From the NCBI GenBank assembly GCA_039028615.1, contig JBCCHT010000053.1:1-64000 (forward strand): a stretch of DNA of 64,000 nucleotides. Direction: 5' to 3'. The notes below the pieces were generated by a model. It ran no database searches, was not told the DNA's origin, and worked only from the letters and a program-made list of their open reading frames with translations. Shown one piece after another: positions 41,650-49,749 of the stretch. Numbering within the stretch: the first letter of the stretch is position 1; every line of letters begins with the position of its first letter. Position numbers and translations under genes: made by a program. Source of the DNA: Myxococcota bacterium (GTDB taxonomy: Bacteria > Myxococcota_A > Polyangia > Nannocystales > Nannocystaceae).

Positions 41650-42843
41650 GTGAGACGCTCTGCTCTTTCCCGAGTCGTTCCGATGGGCCCGCTGTGGGCA
41701 CTGGCCCTGGCCGCCTGTTCGCCGCTGTCGGACACCACGACCGACAACGACCCCCCGACGGGCGCGACCCCGAGCCCGGCCGCTGCCAAGCCCAAGCCCG
41801 CGCCGGCCGACGACGCCGAGGTCGCCCACGCCGACGGCACCAAGACTCCCGCCGCGGAGGCGGCACCCGAGCCCGAGCCCGAGCCCGAGCCCGCGGTCGT
41901 CGACCCGCTCGCACCGCTGCCCGCCGAGGTCGCCGATCGCTTCGCCAACCTCCCGAGAGACCCTCGTCCCGACTCGCTGATCCGCAACTCGCACTACTGG
42001 ATCTCCAACGAGCTCAACCAGCAGCTTTGGTACGACCACATCCAGGATCAAGGCGGGGCGTATCTCGGAGTCGGCACCGACCAGAACTACATGCTGGCGG
42101 GTTGGGCCAAGTCCGACCTCATCGTGGTCGTCGACTTCGACCTTTCGATCATCGACCTGCATCGCGTCTACACCCTCTTCTTCGAAGAGGCCGACACCTT
42201 CGAGGACTTCATCTCGCGCTGGTCGGCCGACCGTGAAGAGGAAGGCCTGGCCCTCATCGACGAGCGCTACGCCGAGCGGCCCGACTACGAGCGCATCCGC
42301 AAGGCCTACAAGATCGCCCGGCAGCTGGTCTCCGCCCGGCTCCGCAACGTTCGCAAGGCCTACGACAAGCGGGGCATCCCCACCTTCGTCAGCGACCAGG
42401 CCCAGTACGAGCACATCCGCACCTTGTCTCGCAACGGGCGGATCTACGCCGTGCGCGGGGACTTCACCGCCGACGAGACGATGGTGGCGGTGCGCAAGGC
42501 GATGGCCGACTCCGGCTTTGCCTTCAACGTGATCTACTTGAGCAACGTCGAGCAATACATCGACTACACCCCCGAGTTCCGTCGCAACCTGGGCGGCCTG
42601 CCCGTGGGCGACAAGGGCGTCGTGGTGCGTACGCTGGGCTGGAGCGCGTTCGGCTTCGCCGAGGGCGAGGAGTACCACTACAACGTGCAGCCCCTGCCCA
42701 AGTTCGTGCAGTGGCTCAATGAGAGTCGCACCAAGAACTTGCCCGCGATGCTCCATCACCGCACTCGAGTCGACACCGTGGGGCTGTCGCTGCTCGACGG
42801 CGAGGTGAAGGTGTCCAAGCGGCCGCCCGTGGTCGCCGAGTGA
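41650..42843 (+). CDS. Conserved lipoprotein (LIC_10091-like)
   Basis: LAAC lipobox; ISNE, GGAYLGVGTDQNY, VIYLSNVEQY. Confidence 0.75.
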   Translation: MRRSALSRVVPMGPLWALALAACSPLSDTTTDNDPPTGATPSPAAAKPKPAPADDAEVAHADGTKTPAAEAAPEPEPEPEPAVVDPLAPLPAEVADRFANLPRDPRPDSLIRNSHYWISNELNQQLWYDHIQDQGGAYLGVGTDQNYMLAGWAKSDLIVVVDFDLSIIDLHRVYTLFFEEADTFEDFISRWSADREEEGLALIDERYAERPDYERIRKAYKIARQLVSARLRNVRKAYDKRGIPTFVSDQAQYEHIRTLSRNGRIYAVRGDFTADETMVAVRKAMADSGFAFNVIYLSNVEQYIDYTPEFRRNLGGLPVGDKGVVVRTLGWSAFGFAEGEEYHYNVQPLPKFVQWLNESRTKNLPAMLHHRTRVDTVGLSLLDGEVKVSKRPPVVAE

Positions 42844-44225
42844 GGCACGCGGGGTCGAGCCGACCGCGGTGGGCCCTGGGCCCGGGCTTGGCCCTAGCCC
42901 TGGCGGCCTGCTCCGGCTCCGCGCCGCCCAGCGGCCCGGCGACGGCGCCCGTGGCCCACGTCGAGCCCGTCGACGACCCGGTCGAGACCGACGACCCCAG
43001 TCCAGACAGTCCCGCTCAGGCGAGCGCACAGACGCCCGAGGAGCCCGCAGCCGAGCCCGAGCCCGCGCCGCCCGTCGAAGATCCCTGGCTGCGCGATCTG
43101 CTGGCCGCGCGACCCCAGCGATTCGGCACGGTGCTCGAGGACCCGGCACGCTACCGGCTCCAGATCCTCGTGACCGTGATCCAGCCGGGCGCAGACGGAC
43201 CGACCGTCGTCGAGCACCCCTATCGCGTCGACGCCGAGTACGTCTATCCCGCGTCCGCCATCAAGACCTTCGCCGCCGTCGGAGCCCTCAAGGTGCTCGC
43301 CGAGCTGCGCGGGCAGGGGCATCGCGTCGGGCTCGACACGCCGCTGGCGTACTGCGAGGGCGAAAAGGGTCCCTGCGACATCGAGACCGACGACTCCAAC
43401 GTCGACAGCGGCACGATCACCGTCGGGCACGAGATCCGCAAGATGCAGCTCGTGTCCAACAACGTGTCGTTCAATCGGCTCTACGAGCTGGTCGGGCACC
43501 GCGAGCTCAACGAGATGATGTGGGCCATGGGGTTTTCCACCCTGCGGGTCCAGCATCGGATGTACGGGGTCAAGGATCCCGCGATGCAGCGGATCACGCC
43601 GCGGATCGAGCTACGGCCCCGACGCGGCAAGAAGGTTCTCGTGCCGCGGCGGGTCAGCGATCTCGAGATGCCGCCCGCCGAGTTCGACGAGCTCGAGCTC
43701 GGCATCGCGTACATCGACGACGCGCTGGACGAGCGCGTGGAGACGCCGCTGGACTTCAGCACCAAGAACTACGTCTCCATTCGCGACCTGCATGCCCTCG
43801 CGCTGGCCATCGCTCGGCCCGGCCTGCCCGGCGTGCCCGATCTGAAGCTCACCAAGAAGCACCGCGCTCACCTCGTCGCCGCGATGGCCGACAACCCGGC
43901 CGAGTCCGACAACCCGGTCTACCCCGACATGCGCAACGGTCTGCGCTACAAGACGATGATCGGGGGCATGAGCAAGGTCGTGCCGCTGCCCCGGATCCGC
44001 TACGTCGGCAAGGCCGGGCGCGCCTACGGATTCCACCTCGATAACGCCTATGTCGAAGATCGGCAGACCCACCGTGCGATGGCGATTACGGTGGTGATCT
44101 ATGCCAATGAAAACCGTGTGCTCAACGACAACGTCTATGAGTACGATGGTGTGACGCGTCCCTTCTTGAAGGCCCTGGGCCGGACGCTCGCGCAAGCCGT
44201 GTTCGTCGACGGCAGTGGTGTCTAG
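42840..44225 (+). CDS. Serine hydrolase (class A beta-lactamase-like fold) lipoprotein
   Basis: YPASAIK (SxxK), VSNN, KAG triad; GTGA overlap with the upstream gene. Confidence 0.85.
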   Translation: MRHAGSSRPRWALGPGLALALAACSGSAPPSGPATAPVAHVEPVDDPVETDDPSPDSPAQASAQTPEEPAAEPEPAPPVEDPWLRDLLAARPQRFGTVLEDPARYRLQILVTVIQPGADGPTVVEHPYRVDAEYVYPASAIKTFAAVGALKVLAELRGQGHRVGLDTPLAYCEGEKGPCDIETDDSNVDSGTITVGHEIRKMQLVSNNVSFNRLYELVGHRELNEMMWAMGFSTLRVQHRMYGVKDPAMQRITPRIELRPRRGKKVLVPRRVSDLEMPPAEFDELELGIAYIDDALDERVETPLDFSTKNYVSIRDLHALALAIARPGLPGVPDLKLTKKHRAHLVAAMADNPAESDNPVYPDMRNGLRYKTMIGGMSKVVPLPRIRYVGKAGRAYGFHLDNAYVEDRQTHRAMAITVVIYANENRVLNDNVYEYDGVTRPFLKALGRTLAQAVFVDGSGV

Positions 44226-44288
44226 AAGCGAGCGAACGCACGATACCGCCTCAGTGCACTTTGCCGTCAGTCGCGAGACTCTGGCGGC

Positions 44289-45911
44289 ATGCGGAATGGA
44301 TACTCGAAACTCGTGGGTATGGGGGCAGTGCTGTGCGCCCTGAGCCTCGGCTGTAACGACGGCTCGTCATCGAGCCCCTTCGACACCAACGCGAGTTCCG
44401 GCGGCAACGCACCTCCGGCCACCAGCGCAGCGAGTTCGGACGGTCCCGCCGACGAGACCGCGGGCGCCCTGCTCGACCTGGCCAATGGCGACATTCCGCC
44501 GCCTCCGCTGCCCACCTGCGAGATCGTCGACGGCATGGATGCGGTGGGCGACTGCAGCGACGAGGCGCCCGCCGATTCCTTCGATCCCGAGGTGCAGTGG
44601 TCGTGGAACGGACCGGCCTCCAGCGTCACCCCGCTGGTCATCAACCTCACCGACGACGACGGCGACGGCAACCCCACGCCCTGCGACATCCCGGACATCG
44701 TGGTGACCACCGAGGGCGGGAGCATCGTGGTGCTCGACGGCGAGACCGGGGCCGAGCACTTCACCATTCCCACCCTCGTCAACGGGCAGGTGACTCCGGC
44801 CGCGGGCGACATCGACGGGGACGGCCTGCCCGAGATCGTCTCGGCCGTCGGCTTCCCGCTGACTCCGCTCGCGCTCGTGGCCTTCGAGCACGACGGCACC
44901 CTCAAGTGGCAGACCGAGCCCGTCTGGGAGCAAGACCAGGGGGGCGCCCTCGCCATCGCCGACCTCGACAACGACGGCTCGCCCGAGGTGTTCGCCGAGG
45001 GCATCATCGTGAGCGCCGACGGCATGGTGCGCTTCGACGCGCCCGCGCAGACGGGGTGGTTCATCGGTCAGCGCAACACCGCGTCGATCGCCGCCGACCT
45101 CGATGGCGACGAAGACCTCGAGGTCATCTTGGGGCAGTCCGCCTACCACCACGACGGCACCCTCTATTACGAGCTGCCCGAGGTCGTGCCCGGCTACCCG
45201 CAGGTCGCCAACCTCGACGGCGACGACGACCCGGAGATCATCGTCAACAACGACCAGGGGATCACCATCCTCGAGCACGACGGCACGATCAAGAACTTGA
45301 ACATGCGGCCCACCGGAGACCCGGCGGGCTTCGGCGCGTGGTTTCGGCCCGCCACCGTGCACGACTTCGACGGCGACCAGGTCTCCGAGTTCGCGGTCAG
45401 CTCCGCGTCGAGCTACAGCGTCTTCGAGCCCAACCTCATCGTCAATTGGAGCACGCCCGTGCAGGACGGCAGCGGGTGGGCGGCAGGGACCGCCTTCGAC
45501 TTCCTCGGCGACGGGGGAGCGGAGGCCATGTACGCCGACGAGAGCACGCTGTTCGTCTTCGACGACACGGGCAACGTCGTGCTCTCCGTGCCGCGGAGCT
45601 CCCGGACCCTCATCGAGTATCCCGTGGTGGCCGACGTCGACAACGACGGCTCCGCGGAGATCGTGGTGGTCTCGAGCAACGACTGGGACGACAACCAGAC
45701 CTCGCCCACCGTACAGGTCATTCGCGACGCCGAAGATCGCTGGATTCAAGCGCGGAGGATCTGGAACCAGCACACCTATCACGTCACCAACGTGCGAGAG
45801 GACGGCACCATCCCCGAGGTCGAGCCGCCGAGCTGGCGTCTGCTCAACACCTATCGCACCAACGCGCAGATCGAAGGCGGCATCGTCTGCCAGCCGCCCG
45901 TCGAGGGCTGA
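44289..45911 (+). CDS. FG-GAP/VCBS repeat beta-propeller lipoprotein
   Basis: Repeated GDIDGDGLPEIV, ADLDNDGSPEV, ADVDNDGSAEIV; WNQHTYHVTNV. Confidence 0.9.
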   Translation: MRNGYSKLVGMGAVLCALSLGCNDGSSSSPFDTNASSGGNAPPATSAASSDGPADETAGALLDLANGDIPPPPLPTCEIVDGMDAVGDCSDEAPADSFDPEVQWSWNGPASSVTPLVINLTDDDGDGNPTPCDIPDIVVTTEGGSIVVLDGETGAEHFTIPTLVNGQVTPAAGDIDGDGLPEIVSAVGFPLTPLALVAFEHDGTLKWQTEPVWEQDQGGALAIADLDNDGSPEVFAEGIIVSADGMVRFDAPAQTGWFIGQRNTASIAADLDGDEDLEVILGQSAYHHDGTLYYELPEVVPGYPQVANLDGDDDPEIIVNNDQGITILEHDGTIKNLNMRPTGDPAGFGAWFRPATVHDFDGDQVSEFAVSSASSYSVFEPNLIVNWSTPVQDGSGWAAGTAFDFLGDGGAEAMYADESTLFVFDDTGNVVLSVPRSSRTLIEYPVVADVDNDGSAEIVVVSSNDWDDNQTSPTVQVIRDAEDRWIQARRIWNQHTYHVTNVREDGTIPEVEPPSWRLLNTYRTNAQIEGGIVCQPPVEG

Positions 45912-45914
45912 GCC

Positions 45915-46556
45915 TCAGGCGCCCGGCATCGAGTCGAGCTGGGTCACCAGCGAGGTCGGGTCGACCACCGTCAAGGTCGGCCCGCTTCGTCGCAGCTTCA
46001 CCGGGTCGTTGCGATCTTGGAACAGCACCAGGTTGTGCAGGCGGGGGAAGCCGGGGTGAAAGACCGGCCCCAGCGCGGTGGGGACCTTGATCCCGTCGCA
46101 ATCGGGCCGCTGACGGATCGCGTCGCCCAGCATCTGCGTCTGCGACGGGGCGCCCGCCGCATTGAGCCCCGTTCGCACCACCCCCGGCTGGACCAGGTCG
46201 TGCTGATCGATGCCCAGCGCGTTTCGGACCACCACGTTGGTCAGGTCCAAAAGCTTCGCGCCCACCACCTCGACCCCGCACATCAGGCGGGTAGGCGTGC
46301 CTTGGATGAGGCCGGCGAGCAGCAAGTCTTGCTCGACTTCGAAACTCGCTAGAGTTTGGGAACCGGCCAAATATAGGGTTGGTGCACTCCCGGGTGAATT
46401 GTATCGACCCCCCAAAGTACCCGCATGTTCACCGCTGAGGAACTTGGCGCGCTCGATCTGCATGAGCGCAGTGACCAGCACCGACCGATAGTAGGTCTCC
46501 GTGCCCTGCACCTCGAGTAACGGTACTCGGGCGAGTGCGCCAAGCTGAAGGCTCAT
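45915..46556 (-). CDS. RES-domain toxin (NAD+ phosphorylase / mART family)
   Basis: YYR..GGRYN..TLYLA..FE..LLDL..TQMLG..DGIKVPTA..NLVLF. Confidence 0.85.
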   Translation of the reverse strand: MSLQLGALARVPLLEVQGTETYYRSVLVTALMQIERAKFLSGEHAGTLGGRYNSPGSAPTLYLAGSQTLASFEVEQDLLLAGLIQGTPTRLMCGVEVVGAKLLDLTNVVVRNALGIDQHDLVQPGVVRTGLNAAGAPSQTQMLGDAIRQRPDCDGIKVPTALGPVFHPGFPRLHNLVLFQDRNDPVKLRRSGPTLTVVDPTSLVTQLDSMPGA

Positions 46557-46608
46557 GGACGTCGTTCGGTCCTCCGAAACGGGTGATGTGGGGCCGGACC
46601 ACCCACGC

Positions 46609-47076
46609 TCAGGCGTGGCTGGTACCGGCGGGGGCGGCCGCAAGCGGCATCTCTTCGGCGGTCATCGGCATCGGGGAGGGGGACATGCCCGCGCCTCCCA
46701 TGGCGATTGCCAACAACATGTCGATGAGCGTGCGCCCTTGCTGGTTTTGAATGACTTGCAGCGGATTCCGCCCGCCGAACGTGGGGCTGGGCGTACGAAA
46801 CCACGATTGTGCAGTTTCGGGGGAATAGCCAAAGTCGCTCAAGAGGCCGACCAGCTCGACCAACTCGTTCGCCACCCGGCGTGCGCCGTCGTGCCGAAAG
46901 AGTACCGACTCCTTGCCAAAGTTGCGGGCGACCGACTCGGTGCGTTGGCCAGTGGCCTCGGCGAACTCGGCGGGTCGCAGGTTCAACCATTGAGCGACCT
47001 CTCCCAGACGTATCTCGCCCGTCGGGGTGACGAACTTGGAGCTGTTCGCCGCGAGTCGTAGGACGAGGTCGGTCAT
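46609..47076 (-). CDS. Xre/MbcA/ParS-family antitoxin
   Basis: HTH-like N-terminus; AQSWFRTPSPTFGGRNPL toxin-binding motif; directly upstream of the RES gene. Alternative start 47112. Confidence 0.85.
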   Translation of the reverse strand: MTDLVLRLAANSSKFVTPTGEIRLGEVAQWLNLRPAEFAEATGQRTESVARNFGKESVLFRHDGARRVANELVELVGLLSDFGYSPETAQSWFRTPSPTFGGRNPLQVIQNQQGRTLIDMLLAIAMGGAGMSPSPMPMTAEEMPLAAAPAGTSHA

Positions 47077-47157
47077 GACAGTGATCGTAGAGCTCGGGTG
47101 GAGCTCGCTCAAGATGGAGTCGGCGCTGCTCGCGGGGGGCGGGCATGCGATGGGGTT

Positions 47158-47185
47158 AGTTTACGACGAGGGGTGGGCGAGTCAA
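47158..47185 (-). promoter_or_regulatory. Putative sigma-70 promoter of the TA operon
   Basis: TTGACT-N16-TAAACT on the minus strand. Confidence 0.5.
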
Positions 47186-47386
47186 AGACTAGTTGTGGGC
47201 TAGTGCTGGGAGTGGAGGTGGTGGGGTCGCTCGCGAGGTTAAGATACTGGGATCAAACGGGAATTGTGTGAAGTTGGTCGGTTGTGTGCTTTGGGGGTAA
47301 GGGGGCGCTCTGAACGCGGGGAGTGGGTTTGCTGCTCGGTTTGGATTTCTTGGGGGTGGGGTTGGGTGGTTGCGTAGGTGGTGCTT

Positions 47387-47540
47387 GTTCGAACGAACGG
47401 CTTGCCTGCTTAACGGCTGGCACCCCTCCCGCACGTGCTCGCGGCGATGTTGCATCTGGGTGCTTGTAGGAACGGGTCGTCGCCGCTGTGCGCGAGCGGG
47501 CCCCTCCCATCCTGCGCGGCTTCGCTTCAGCCCTCCCCCC
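47387..47540 (+). repeat. Diverged element-A copy
   Basis: GTTCGAACG..GCCTGCTTAACGGCTGGCACCCCTCCCGCACGTGCTCG..CTGGGTGCTTGTAG..CCATCCTGCGCGGCTTCGCTTCAGCCCTCCCC. Confidence 0.85.
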
Positions 47541-47552
47541 ACTCGGTCCCCC

Positions 47553-47765
47553 GTTCGAACGGCGTGTGCGTCCTGCTTGGGTGGCGGGCGGCTTGTTGGT
47601 TGGGGCTTCGTGCTCGGTCGAATGGCGAGTGGGTCCTGCTTGGTGGCGGGCGGCTTGTTGATCGGGGGTTGGTGCTTGTTCGAACGGCGTGTGCGTCCTG
47701 CTTGGGTGGCGGGTGGCTTGTTGGTCGGGGGTTGTTGGTTGGGGCTTGGTGTTTGTTTGAGCGGT
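47553..47765 (+). repeat. ~62-bp G/T-rich tandem repeat (x3)
   Basis: GTTCGAACGGCG..GTCCTGCTTGG.TGGCGGG.GGCTTGTTG at 47553, 47616 and 47678. Confidence 0.8.
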
Positions 47766-48043
47766 GAACGAACTCGGTGTGTTGACGATGGGGGTCGTCG
47801 TCGCTGCTCGAGTTGGGGACCTTCTATCCCTGCGCGGGTCGGTTCTGTTCTGCGTCCGCGGGGAGTTCGAGTGCTCGAGATCACTGGTTGGGGTGGGAGC
47901 GTTTGTTGAGAGGCAGGGGGTTTTCGAGGGAGCGAGGGTGGGAGTGCGGGGATCTACTCTAGTGGGGTGGGAAGGATCCCCTGTTGATTTCGGGCTCGAA
48001 GTACCCTGATGGAATTGGCGTTTGTCCCCTAAGGTGGTGGAGC

Positions 48044-49042
48044 ATGCGTAGTTACGCCCTCGGTTCGATCCCCGTACTGCTCGCCCTGACCACTCTTTCT
48101 CAGCCGGCCCATGCGGCCTCCGAACCGAGCCCCCCGCCGGAACCCGAACTTGCGCCGATTGCCGTTGATGTTGCCCCGGTGGAGTCGAACGCCGAAGGGG
48201 AGCTCGAGGCGGGATTGGACGCCGATGTGGTCGCCGACGCTGAAGTGATGGTGGAGGAAGAGGGGCCGTCGGAGGAGGCCGTGGTGGCAGAGGCAGAGGA
48301 ATCGGCGTCGGTTGGTCCGTCGGCGGAGGTGTCGCCATCGACGGAGGCTCCGGTCGTCGTTCCGCCGGTCTTGTCTCCGCCCGCGCCTACGTGGGGGCCG
48401 GTTCGGCCGACCCCTCCGCCGCCGCCGGATCCGGCTCGTACGGATCGAACCATGCGGAAGTTCCGACGTGGTGGCATCGGGATTCTGGCGGTGGGCGGGG
48501 CTGGATTGGCGCTCACGGCGGGTCTGCAGGCGGGTCGTGGGGCGGCGCTCAAACGTTGCGCGCGCACTGGCGATCCACTGTCCGATGCCTGTGTCACCTC
48601 GGACGTGCTCGAGCGTGAACTGTCGACCTACGGCGCCCTCGGCCTCGCTGCTCTCGTCACGGGCAGCGCGGGCGCGGGCGTCATGTTCGGCAACGCGGCA
48701 GCCACCCGCGACGTCGAACGCCACGGCTCCCTCCGTTCCCGCAGCGCCGCCCGGTTCGCCGGCATCATCGCCATCGGAGTCGCCTCCTCCGTCCTGCTCG
48801 GCACCAACATCCACTTCGGCCGCGCCGAAGCCCGCTGCGAAGGCGACCCCAACTGCATCGCCCGCCAACGCCCCCTTCGCTGGATCGCCAACGACGGCGC
48901 CGCCCTGGGCCTCGCCGCCGGAGCCGGCCTCCTCGGCTACTCCATCGCCTACGACAAACAAGGCAAAGCCCTCATGAAACTCCGCGCCGCCCCGACCATG
49001 ACCCCCCAACAAGCCGGCCTCTCCGTAACCGTAGCCTTCTAA
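48044..49042 (+). CDS. Hypothetical exported protein with Gly-rich helices, Cys pairs and C-terminal beta-signal-like end
   Basis: Signal peptide (..PAHA); acidic/Pro linker; ends AAPTMTPQQAGLSVTVAF. Confidence 0.8.
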   Translation: MRSYALGSIPVLLALTTLSQPAHAASEPSPPPEPELAPIAVDVAPVESNAEGELEAGLDADVVADAEVMVEEEGPSEEAVVAEAEESASVGPSAEVSPSTEAPVVVPPVLSPPAPTWGPVRPTPPPPPDPARTDRTMRKFRRGGIGILAVGGAGLALTAGLQAGRGAALKRCARTGDPLSDACVTSDVLERELSTYGALGLAALVTGSAGAGVMFGNAAATRDVERHGSLRSRSAARFAGIIAIGVASSVLLGTNIHFGRAEARCEGDPNCIARQRPLRWIANDGAALGLAAGAGLLGYSIAYDKQGKALMKLRAAPTMTPQQAGLSVTVAF

Positions 49043-49189
49043 CCTCCCACCCCACGAGCCCTCACCCACCGTCGACCAACCTCGAACGCTCCAAGTGAGG
49101 GCTCACCCCGCCCCCTCTCCCAAACGCTGGCGGCTCAACCAAACCCCATACACTCGAGCCGCCAGCGACCCCCTCTCTGCTTCATCAAC

Positions 49190-49505
49190 TACCGTAGCCG
49201 AACGAGCGCCCGCTCCCCCCACCGCCAACTGCCGTAGCGAACCAGCGATCGCTCCCCGCACCACCAACTTGCCGTAGCCAACGAGCGATAGCTCCCGCAC
49301 CACCAAACTGCCATAGCGAACCAGCGCCTGCTCCCCGGCAACGGCGAATACCGTAGGCGAACGAGCGCCGCTCCCTGCCCCAACCTCCGCCGTCCGCCAA
49401 CTGCCGTAAGCGAACGAGCGCCAACTCCCCGCCTCGCCGACTGCGGTCAGCCAACGAGCGACCGCTGCCCGCCGATTGCCGTAAGCGAACGAGCGCCAGC
49501 TCCCC
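49190..49505. repeat. About 8 degenerate ~40-bp tandem units
   Basis: Recurrent (A/G)CCGTA(G/A)C.AAC.AGCG..GCTCCC motif, resembling the TGCCGTAACC..GAGCGCC end of element B. Confidence 0.8.
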
Positions 49506-49515
49506 CGCCCAGCAA

Positions 49516-49665
49516 AAGGGGCCGCGCCGGGGGGAGGGCCCCGAACCCCGACCGAGGACTTAAGGCGGGCAGAAATACCTACGCCCTACTCCAACCGCCA
49601 CGCCCGACCCGCAGGGCGGGGTTTGGGAGGGACCCGTCGACAGCAGGCCCCGTGCACCGCAGCGG
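49516..49665 (-). repeat. Element-B copy
   Basis: AAGGGGCCGCGCCGGGGGGAGGGCCCCGAACCCCGACCGAGGACTTAAGGCGGGCAGA..GGGAGGGACCCGTCGACAGCAGGCCCCGTGCACCGC, near-identical to the copies at 806-1540. Confidence 0.95.
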
Positions 49666-49749
49666 GCGCCTGCCACCGAACACCCCCAGCAGACCCCCCG
49701 AGCACCCCCCGACACCGCTCAACTCACCCCACGAAGCCCGCAATTCGAC

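Noticed and set aside
46553..47146. 197-aa ORF overlapping the antitoxin; a 1-nt loss in the G6 run (47134-47139) would put ATG 47146 in frame with the antitoxin
   Set aside because: The product looks non-coding, G6 is short for phase variation, and the antitoxin has its own in-frame starts.
49190..49505. CRISPR-like periodicity
   Set aside because: Units are degenerate along their whole length, 'spacers' are short and similar to each other, and no cas genes are in the window.
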